Of a DNA stretch of 29,646 nt, positions 15,003-23,645 are shown piece after piece. Both the position numbers and the translations under genes were made by a program. The notes under the pieces were generated by a model. The model was given only the letters and a program-made list of their open reading frames with translations. It was not told the DNA's origin and did not search any database. Position 1 is the stretch's first letter. Each line of letters starts with the position of its first letter. Origin of the DNA: a virus. The stretch is taken from positions 1 through 29,646 of the IMG/VR virus record IMGVR_UViG_2523533538_000001; one strand, given 5' to 3'.

Positions 15003-17501
15003 ATGGCAGGAAGAATTAAGGGTATTACTATTGAAATCGAAGGTAAAACACAAGGCCTTCAAAAAGCTTTGAAAAGTGTAAATGATGTTTCTGTCAATTT
15101 AAATAGAGAGTTAAAAGATGTTAATAAATTACTTAAATTTGATCCAAAAAATCAAGATTTAGCAGCTCAGAAACAAAAAATATTATCAGAAGCAATTGAG
15201 AATACTAAAACAAAATTAAATGCGTTAAAAGATGCTCAATCACAAGTAGCTTCTCAATTTGCAAAAGGTGAGATTGATGAAGGTCAGTATAGAGCATTTG
15301 AAAGGGAAATAGCCGAAACAGAAGGATCTTTGCGTTCATATCAAAGTCAGTTAAATAAAACACAAACTGAACAAGATAGATTTGATAAAAATACACAACG
15401 ATTACAAACATTATTTGATGCGACTGGTACAAGTATTGATGATTTTAGTGATATTTTAGGAACTCGTTTAACTAATGCAATTAAAGATGGTACTGCATCA
15501 AGTGATCAGTTAGAACAAGCAATTAACAAGATTGGTCGTTCTGCTATTGGTCAAGACGGCGATATTAATCAACTCAAAAACGCATTAGACAAAATTGATG
15601 ACGGAGATTCTATTGATGTTGTTAAACAAGAAATCGAAGAGCTAGGCGATCAATCGTTAGATTCGAAAGAAAAGGTCAATCAACTTGTTCAAATAGCGCA
15701 AAGTGATGCCTTTAATCAATTGGCTGATAAAGCTGGGGCGATATCAGATAAGATATTCGAAATTGGTGGTAAATCAATCGAAGCAGCTGCAACAGTTCGA
15801 GCAAATAACGCACAGTTTACGCAGGTGTTTGGGGACTTAGAAGATGCAGCTACTAAAAGCGTTGACACCATGGGCGACAAGATGGGCATACTCCCAGAGC
15901 GTTTAAAACCTGGTTATGCGGCCATTAGCTCACAATTGATGTCTTTGGGTGTGTCACAAGAAGAAGCTATGAGTTTAGCAGAACAAGCATTAACATCTAG
16001 TGCTGATGCGGCAGCATTCTATGATACATCACTAGAAGATGCACAAGGATCAATTCAGTCTTTTATTAAAGGTAACTTATCCGCAGCTGAGGGCGTAGGT
16101 ATTTTTGCAAGTGCAAACGGATTAAGTCAATATGCGTTAGACAACGCTGGTAAAGCCGCTAATAAATCTGGTAAAGAATATGAAAAAATGACTGAGGCTG
16201 AAAAGCAAAGTTTAAGAACAAACTATATTAGTGATATGCAACAAAAAGCAGAAGTTACTGGTCAAGCAGCAAGAGAATCAGATGGATATGAAAATGTCAT
16301 GGGCAATCTAAAAAGTACAATAGATCAATTCATGGCAGCAATAGGCGATGAAGCACTGAACATGTTTTCTGAAGCTATACAGGCTTTAATACCATTCATT
16401 CAAAGTTTAGTTGATTGGTTTACTAATTTAGACCCAGTTGTTAAACAAATAATGACTGTTATAGTTATTGTCACAGCATTAGTTCTAGCATTAATACCTA
16501 TAATAGCAGCTTTTGCGTTAGCACAGACAGCGTTAAATATAGCATTACTACCTATGATTGCAATAATAGTTGCCGTTATAGCTGTTATTTCATTAATCGT
16601 CATTGCGATAATGAATTGGGGGGCAATAACCGATTGGCTATCTGAAAAGTGGCAAATCTTCAAAGATTGGCTAAGTCAATTGTGGGATAGTATTTCTACA
16701 AAGGCAGGCGAAATTTGGAGTGCTATAACTTTAGCAATTTCTAATTTTGTCACAAGTTGTATCACAACTATACAAGGTCTTTGGGACTCTGCTAAGAACT
16801 ATATCAGTGGTATCTGGAATAGTATATCTACAACTGCTTCAACGATTTGGAACAATATAAAAACATCTATTTCAGATGCAATTACGAATGCTAAGAACAA
16901 AGTTGCAGAAGTTGTGAATAGCATTAAAACAAAAATATCTGGGGTTTGGGAGGATATTAAATCTACCACCTCAAGAGTATGGAACTCAGTTAGAGATGCA
17001 ATTGAAAAGCCAATCAACAAAGCTAAAGATATTGTAAGAACGGCAATTGACACCATCAAAGGTTTATTTGATTTTAACTTTAGCTGGCCTCATATGGAAA
17101 TGCCACACTTTAGCATTAGTGGTTCGATGAACCCACTAAAATGGCTCGATGAGGGTGTTCCGTCAATAAGCGTTGACTGGTATGCAAAAGGTGGTATTTT
17201 AACTAAACCGACTGTATTCGGTCAAAACGGAAACTCATTAATGGTTGGTGGTGAAGCTGGTAAAGAAGCAGTAGCACCACTATCTGATTTGATGGCTTAT
17301 GTTCAAGCAGCAGTTAAAGCTGAAAACGAAACACAAAATGTAGCATTTTTAGAGATGATTAAAATATTAAAAGAGATTAAAGATAAAGATACAACAATTG
17401 TCATGAATAAAAAGATAGTCGCTAAAGAATTAGCATCAGACATCAAAAAAGAAAATGACAAAAACGAATTTCAAAAAAATAGAGGTAGGGGATTAGCATA
17501 A
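15003..17501 (+). CDS. Tape measure protein
   Basis: 832 aa. Coiled-coil N-terminal half, central hydrophobic segments, and W..I/W..V periodic repeats. Canonical position. Confidence 0.9.
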   Translation: MAGRIKGITIEIEGKTQGLQKALKSVNDVSVNLNRELKDVNKLLKFDPKNQDLAAQKQKILSEAIENTKTKLNALKDAQSQVASQFAKGEIDEGQYRAFEREIAETEGSLRSYQSQLNKTQTEQDRFDKNTQRLQTLFDATGTSIDDFSDILGTRLTNAIKDGTASSDQLEQAINKIGRSAIGQDGDINQLKNALDKIDDGDSIDVVKQEIEELGDQSLDSKEKVNQLVQIAQSDAFNQLADKAGAISDKIFEIGGKSIEAAATVRANNAQFTQVFGDLEDAATKSVDTMGDKMGILPERLKPGYAAISSQLMSLGVSQEEAMSLAEQALTSSADAAAFYDTSLEDAQGSIQSFIKGNLSAAEGVGIFASANGLSQYALDNAGKAANKSGKEYEKMTEAEKQSLRTNYISDMQQKAEVTGQAARESDGYENVMGNLKSTIDQFMAAIGDEALNMFSEAIQALIPFIQSLVDWFTNLDPVVKQIMTVIVIVTALVLALIPIIAAFALAQTALNIALLPMIAIIVAVIAVISLIVIAIMNWGAITDWLSEKWQIFKDWLSQLWDSISTKAGEIWSAITLAISNFVTSCITTIQGLWDSAKNYISGIWNSISTTASTIWNNIKTSISDAITNAKNKVAEVVNSIKTKISGVWEDIKSTTSRVWNSVRDAIEKPINKAKDIVRTAIDTIKGLFDFNFSWPHMEMPHFSISGSMNPLKWLDEGVPSISVDWYAKGGILTKPTVFGQNGNSLMVGGEAGKEAVAPLSDLMAYVQAAVKAENETQNVAFLEMIKILKEIKDKDTTIVMNKKIVAKELASDIKKENDKNEFQKNRGRGLA

Positions 17502-18946
17502 TGAAAAAATTACAAGTTTTGTTTGATGGCTATGATCTTACTTCTGTTTTAAGTGTTATCAGTGGCTTTAAAAGAGGCGTTGGACATCTTGATGCGGATA
17601 AAGTTATTACAATGCCTTTTATCATTTACAACTTCAATAGTAAAAAGCGTAGAACATTAGCATATCTATTAAATGTTGACGAACCTAAACAACTGATCTT
17701 TAGTGATGAGCCAGATAAATATTATCTTGCTACACCTACAAAAATTGATTTAGATGAATCTGAAGAGCGTGCGAGCGGAGAAATCGAATGGCTGATTGAA
17801 GATGGCATTGCTAGATCAATTAAAACTAAGACTATAGCTAACTTTGAAGATCAAACGCTAATTGAAGCAGATAACAAAGGTACAACAACAACTTATCCTA
17901 TTATCCGTGCGAAAATGAACGGTGAGAATGGTGTGTTTACTGTTGTTAATTCCGAAGGCGGAGTCTTACAATTTGGTAATCCAGAAGAACTAGACGGAAA
18001 TGATGCGGTGAGGTCAAACAGAGTATTGTATGCAAGTTATTATAATACTTTGCCACCTAACGCAGTTCCGAATCAAGGCATTACCACTTATCCAACTTAT
18101 GCAGGTGGAGACCCCAATGTACAAACAGGTAGCTTTAACTATGATGAGCCAGAGACCGCAGCCCCAGTCTTTAGCGACTCAGCTGTCAAACGGTGGAATG
18201 GCCCCTCTTATAAAGTACCGATTGGGACTAATACAAACGGTGTGAGAACAGGAGACTTTGAGTTTACGCATCGTTTCAGTTTTTGGAATAAGACATCCAA
18301 TAAGCAAAGGGGTCGAGTAGAGTTTGCTTTAAACTCTGATAACAAACATGGCTTTGGGTTTGTTATGCGTGACTCGTCAACGACTAAACGACAACTTATT
18401 GTGGAATGTCATATCTTTGATATTATAGGCGAACGCTCATATGATTTAGATTTGAAGAAGTTTGATGGGTCATTTTTTGAACTTAAAATTATCCGTAAAG
18501 GCGCCTCAATAACATGGCAATTAGGACAAATTGATAGTTTAAAGAATGGTGTTAATCTTAAAAAAGGCGTTATCTTCACTAAGACATTTACAAGTGATGA
18601 TTATAAAGACTTTGCTATTACGAATGTCTTTGCTTACATGATGCGTTATCAGAAGTCTGATGCAGTTCGAATGCGCTTCACAGATGCAAAATTTACATGG
18701 ATTAATACACCATATTGGAACGACATTAAGAACATCTATCAAGATGGTGATGAGTTAACGATTGATACGAAAGAACGCAAGTTGTATCTAAACGATGTAG
18801 AAGCTTTAGATAGTCGCTATCACTCGATTGACAACGAATGGGAAACTTTTGCAATGAAGCCAGGTAAGACACAGTATCAAATTGTTCAATCTGATTGGGC
18901 GGAAATACCTTCTGTTTCAGTCGAATATGAAGAACATTGGACATAA
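17501..18946 (+). CDS. Distal tail protein (Dit), enlarged ('evolved Dit'-like)
   Basis: The ATG overlaps the TMP stop. 481 aa is about twice the usual Dit length, suggesting an inserted domain. Position is immediately after the TMP. Confidence 0.7.
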   Translation: MKKLQVLFDGYDLTSVLSVISGFKRGVGHLDADKVITMPFIIYNFNSKKRRTLAYLLNVDEPKQLIFSDEPDKYYLATPTKIDLDESEERASGEIEWLIEDGIARSIKTKTIANFEDQTLIEADNKGTTTTYPIIRAKMNGENGVFTVVNSEGGVLQFGNPEELDGNDAVRSNRVLYASYYNTLPPNAVPNQGITTYPTYAGGDPNVQTGSFNYDEPETAAPVFSDSAVKRWNGPSYKVPIGTNTNGVRTGDFEFTHRFSFWNKTSNKQRGRVEFALNSDNKHGFGFVMRDSSTTKRQLIVECHIFDIIGERSYDLDLKKFDGSFFELKIIRKGASITWQLGQIDSLKNGVNLKKGVIFTKTFTSDDYKDFAITNVFAYMMRYQKSDAVRMRFTDAKFTWINTPYWNDIKNIYQDGDELTIDTKERKLYLNDVEALDSRYHSIDNEWETFAMKPGKTQYQIVQSDWAEIPSVSVEYEEHWT

Positions 18947-18963
18947 TTTTATGATTGTTTTGG

Positions 18964-18987
18964 GAGAGGTTTTTGCCTCTCTTTTTT
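18964..18987 (+). terminator. Hairpin + T6 after the Dit gene
   Basis: gagagg / cctctc stem followed by tttttt. Confidence 0.45.
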
Positions 18988-19016
18988 ATATGTATTTTTT
19001 TTGAAAGGAGTTAAAC

Positions 19017-22000
19017 ATGACTAATTTTTACTTAACAGATCGCAAGTTTAATCTGATTAGCGTTATAGCAACAACTAACGATACTCCAATTTATTTTGAA
19101 GATGTTCAAGATGTTCAATCTATCGAAGAAGCAGCAAGATCATTCACAGGAACAATAACGATTGATGAAAATAAAAGAACAATTGAAAACTGGAACAAAG
19201 CTGATGAAATGTCTAAAGTTGGTAATTATATTCTATATAAAGATAGACAAAATCAATCAGTATTTATCACAATCGAATCGCAAGAGATTGATCCAGTTGG
19301 TTGCACAATTGACATTGCAGGTCATGATGCAGGTATCGACTTAATTAATGAAGTAGTTGCTGAAGATAAGCCAGATAAGCAATATACTATCGCTGAATAT
19401 ATTAACAAATACACTTGGGATAGCGGTTGGGAAATTGGTAGAAATGAAGCTTCAAACCTAAGCAGAAAATTGACAGGTTGGGAAAGTGATGATACTGCAT
19501 TAGGAAGAATCTTATCAGTTGCCAAAGGCTTTGATGTTGAATTAGACTTCTCTTTTGATGTCAATGGTTTAGATGTTGTTCACAGATATATTAATATCTA
19601 TCGCAAAAGAGGTACAGATGACAATGTCACGCTTTATGTCAATAAAGAAATTGAAAAGATTGTAACAACAACTGACATTTATGATTTATGTACATCTATC
19701 AAAGCAATCGGTGGAGAAGATGAAAAGACTAAAAAGAATGTCACATTAAGAGGTTATAAGTGGACTGATTCAGATGGACGATTCACACTTAACGCCGACG
19801 GTATTTTACGAGATACACAATCAGTGCAATTATGGTCTCGTTTATTATCCAACGAAAACCCTAACCCTCTACACCATCATATACAACGCTATGTTAAATA
19901 TGAAAGCAAGTCACAAGCACAAATATTAAAGAGTGCATTGTCTGATTTGAAAAAGCGTTGTGAGCCAGCTGTTAACTACAAAGTTGAAATTGTTCACTTC
20001 CCAGCTTTAGTTAAAATTGGTGACACTATTAAACTTGTAGATGAACAACGCACATTGTATTTATCTGCAAGGGTATTAGAACTTAAATATGACTATGCAA
20101 TTGAAAATGCTGAAGCAACATTGGGAGATTATCTGATTCAAGAGGGTCGAATTAGTAGCGACTTACAAGACTTAGCTAATACACTTAAAGATAAAGTTGC
20201 TAATATGCAAAAAGATGTAGATCTAAAAGCTGAGTACTTAGCACAAGCAACAGCGCCAGAAAAAACGATTAATGTCATTTGGATTGATACATCTAACAGT
20301 GAAGGAACTGGTGTTGATATACCTCGAATTTATGATCCAGAGACTGAAAATTGGGTTAAAATTGTTCCGACACAACCTAGCGAAGTTCATGCGTTTTCTA
20401 AAATTGATGGCGACAAAATAGCAATTGATGTTGAACAAATTAAAGAAGATGCTAAACAACTTAGTGAAAATGTTGAACAAGCTACTGAAGAAGCTAATGA
20501 ACGCTATAAAGAAGTTACTCAGTTAAAAACAGATGTTGATACAGTATCACATACAGTTGACGAGCAAGGCAACTCAATTACATCTTTAGTGACTAAAGTT
20601 AACGACAATGGTCAAGACATTACTCAACTCAAACAAGACTCAACAGGTTTTAAGCAAACGGTAGCTAACTTAAAAGATGATGTCGAAGGCACAACAGGTA
20701 AAATCACACAGTTAGAACAAAATGTTGATGGCTTTAAGTCTACTGTTCAAAGCACTTATGCAACAAAAGATGCTTTAGAAACACAAACAGATAAGATTAC
20801 ACAAGCGACACAAGATTTATCTGGCTTTAAACAAACAGTATCAGAAAAGTATGCTACTAAAAATGCGCTAGGTGAAGTTGATTCTAAAGTTAGTAGTGCA
20901 GAACAAGATTTAAGCGGATTTAAAACTACTGTTGCTAATACTTATGCAACAAAAACTACAGTAAATAGCGTTCAGCAAGATGCCGACAAAGCACAACAAG
21001 ATGTTGATGATTTAGGTGTATCACTAGACACCCAAACCCAAAAACTCTCTCAACTCTCTCAAACCGTCGATGGCTTCAAACAAACCGTTTCAGAAACCAA
21101 CGAAAAAATCATTTCCCTTACTCCTTCAACCAGAAACCTCCTCCTAAACTCCCAAACCCTTCTCTCTGAAGACTCTACAAGCCCTATCACAGGAAGTAAT
21201 GTTTATGGATGGGATAATGGTGGGAATCTATTGTTGGGTACAAGTAGTGAGTTAAAGACTTACACTATGCCTAGTTACTACTTTGGAAAATCCAGAATTA
21301 ACCTATCCCCATTAGGTATTAAAGCAGGAGATACTTTAACCTATAGTGTTTACTTAGTTGTTCCAAGCAATGCTACAAGTGGTGTCCAAGCAAGGATTCA
21401 ATTAAGGAGCACCTCTGAATTTGAACCAAGGCAAAGCCAATTTGGTAATGCTATTGCGGCTGGTACAGAGGGTTGGTCAACGGTAACATGGACAATTCCA
21501 AGTGGTTGGGATTATTCTGTAGAAGCTTGTTATACAAGATATGAGAACCCAACATCAAGTAGTTTTAATTTTCAAGCTAAGTGTGACAAGTTAGAGGTAA
21601 ACTCAACCGCAACTCCTTATGTGAATGAGTCAAGTGGGCGGAACCTAATTCCAAATACATCTTTCATAGATGATAAAGTACCACCACGGGGTAGTGTAGG
21701 TAATCCTAACTCAGTTTTTGTCACAGAAGATGGATATAGATGCCAATACTGGAAAAATACTGACAATGTATATGACCTTGGTTGGTATATACGCAAAAGT
21801 AACTTTTTAGTTATACCTAAAGTTGGAGATAAGTTTACTGTTAGCTTTGTGGCTAAGGGAAAAGGTAGTATGAGAGCCGTTTTCATGGAAAATGCCGATA
21901 TAACAAAAGGTGACAATGGCTCTTTAAGTAGCACATGGAAAAAGTTTGTCATACAAGGTACTCACAGTGCTACTACTGGGGCTTTAATTTTCTATTTAAC

Positions 22001-23645
22001 TAATGAAGTTTCAGGCTCAGAGATTTATCTAAGAAACATTAAAGTTGAAGAGGGCATAATAGACAACCCTGTTTACTCTCCCGCCCCAGAGGACTTCACC
22101 CCATCCCAAAACCCTATTTTTCTCTCACCTCAAATAGAAGGAACAAGAAACTTTATAAGAGCACAAAGGGACTCAGATGGCTTTAGTGGAGATGTTTACA
22201 GCGGTTGGATACCAGAGGGTGTTGGTGAGAACTTGCTACAAAACTCTGACCCTGAAAGCATATCAGGGGCTATAAATGGTTGGTCAAGGGCAGGGACTAG
22301 CATAGTTACCACTAAGCACTCTAACTATTATGGCGGTCAAAAAGAGTGCTTCTTAATCAGAACTACTAATACAGCAGAATTAACCTCTGATAACACAACA
22401 AGGTTTGACATAAAGCCAAATACAACTTACACAGTGTCATTCATGGGCTTAGCTGGTGGTAATGTATCTAGCATGGATATTCAGTGGCTAAGTAGAGCTA
22501 GTGGGTCAACAGCTGATTTTGATAATGCAAGAGCAGTCATATCTAACAAAAGGCTAACCACAGGTACAGCTGATAGATACTCTGTAACATTTAAAACCAA
22601 CTCCACAGACACATCTTGTATTATCAGATTTGATAATAATGGTAGCACTGATGGAAAAGAGGCTTGGCTACTCTTTGGTGAGGTAAAAGTAGAAGAAGGC
22701 TCACAAGCCACCCCATATTACCCTAACTCATCAGAATACGCCCTAGACCACACTCAAATGGCTCTAGCAAACACAATAGGAGAAGGTTATCTAACAGACT
22801 CAATAGTCAACAAAGGCTCTATAGCGGTTCATTTCAAGGCTAGAGCAAGTCAAGAAGTAGACTTTAGTATGATGCAATGGGTAGTGTACTCAGACCAAGA
22901 GAGACTTTTACTCAAACCTGAGTCAATTCATGTCACAAAAGATTGGCAACAGTTCACACTCTACTACCCTAATCTTGGTAAAAGTGTAGATTTATTAAGA
23001 TTCAGTCCACACCAATTGCTCACTCAGGGCATTAGATTGAATGATTTTTACTTAGATTTATGTGAGTGGTATGTGGGAGCAGGGAATAAAGCCACACCAT
23101 GGGTGGCCGCTTCTGAAGATGCGTTTAATCAAATTGAAGATGCAAAAGATTCTTTAAACAATAATATCAATAATGTTAGAGAAGAGCTAACAAGCTCAAT
23201 TGAACAAACATCTAGTGAAATATTATCAACGGTATCAGAGTCTTATATTACATCTTCTGATTACGGAGACTTTGTTGAACAAACATCAACGGCTTTAAAA
23301 CAAACATCGGAAGATTTTACATTTTCATTTAAGGATTTAACTGGCCAACTAAATGACCTAGACGGAAATACATCAGAGCAATTTGATGTGATTAGAAAAT
23401 ATATTCAATTTATAGATGGAAGAATTGATATTGGGCAATCAGATAGCACAACAAAACTTTCAATTACGAACGATAAAATATCTATGATACAAGGTGGGTC
23501 TGAAGTAATGTATATCACAGACCAATTACTATATATTGACAAAGGGGTATTTGTAAGTAGCTTACAGGTGTCTGAACATATTTGGACACAGCTTAGCCCA
23601 GATCAACCAGATGTTTTGTCATTAGAATGGATGGGTGATAATTAA
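19017..23645 (+). CDS. Tail-associated protein (Tal) fused to a fibre: N-terminal prophage-tail domain, coiled-coil repeats, four CBM-like modules, gp58-like C-terminus
   Basis: 1542 aa following Dit. Five GFK.TV repeats (nt ~20640-21110). Modules are bounded by NLL.NS starts and (V/L)E.G..ATP(Y/W) ends. Confidence 0.8.
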   Translation: MTNFYLTDRKFNLISVIATTNDTPIYFEDVQDVQSIEEAARSFTGTITIDENKRTIENWNKADEMSKVGNYILYKDRQNQSVFITIESQEIDPVGCTIDIAGHDAGIDLINEVVAEDKPDKQYTIAEYINKYTWDSGWEIGRNEASNLSRKLTGWESDDTALGRILSVAKGFDVELDFSFDVNGLDVVHRYINIYRKRGTDDNVTLYVNKEIEKIVTTTDIYDLCTSIKAIGGEDEKTKKNVTLRGYKWTDSDGRFTLNADGILRDTQSVQLWSRLLSNENPNPLHHHIQRYVKYESKSQAQILKSALSDLKKRCEPAVNYKVEIVHFPALVKIGDTIKLVDEQRTLYLSARVLELKYDYAIENAEATLGDYLIQEGRISSDLQDLANTLKDKVANMQKDVDLKAEYLAQATAPEKTINVIWIDTSNSEGTGVDIPRIYDPETENWVKIVPTQPSEVHAFSKIDGDKIAIDVEQIKEDAKQLSENVEQATEEANERYKEVTQLKTDVDTVSHTVDEQGNSITSLVTKVNDNGQDITQLKQDSTGFKQTVANLKDDVEGTTGKITQLEQNVDGFKSTVQSTYATKDALETQTDKITQATQDLSGFKQTVSEKYATKNALGEVDSKVSSAEQDLSGFKTTVANTYATKTTVNSVQQDADKAQQDVDDLGVSLDTQTQKLSQLSQTVDGFKQTVSETNEKIISLTPSTRNLLLNSQTLLSEDSTSPITGSNVYGWDNGGNLLLGTSSELKTYTMPSYYFGKSRINLSPLGIKAGDTLTYSVYLVVPSNATSGVQARIQLRSTSEFEPRQSQFGNAIAAGTEGWSTVTWTIPSGWDYSVEACYTRYENPTSSSFNFQAKCDKLEVNSTATPYVNESSGRNLIPNTSFIDDKVPPRGSVGNPNSVFVTEDGYRCQYWKNTDNVYDLGWYIRKSNFLVIPKVGDKFTVSFVAKGKGSMRAVFMENADITKGDNGSLSSTWKKFVIQGTHSATTGALIFYLTNEVSGSEIYLRNIKVEEGIIDNPVYSPAPEDFTPSQNPIFLSPQIEGTRNFIRAQRDSDGFSGDVYSGWIPEGVGENLLQNSDPESISGAINGWSRAGTSIVTTKHSNYYGGQKECFLIRTTNTAELTSDNTTRFDIKPNTTYTVSFMGLAGGNVSSMDIQWLSRASGSTADFDNARAVISNKRLTTGTADRYSVTFKTNSTDTSCIIRFDNNGSTDGKEAWLLFGEVKVEEGSQATPYYPNSSEYALDHTQMALANTIGEGYLTDSIVNKGSIAVHFKARASQEVDFSMMQWVVYSDQERLLLKPESIHVTKDWQQFTLYYPNLGKSVDLLRFSPHQLLTQGIRLNDFYLDLCEWYVGAGNKATPWVAASEDAFNQIEDAKDSLNNNINNVREELTSSIEQTSSEILSTVSESYITSSDYGDFVEQTSTALKQTSEDFTFSFKDLTGQLNDLDGNTSEQFDVIRKYIQFIDGRIDIGQSDSTTKLSITNDKISMIQGGSEVMYITDQLLYIDKGVFVSSLQVSEHIWTQLSPDQPDVLSLEWMGDN

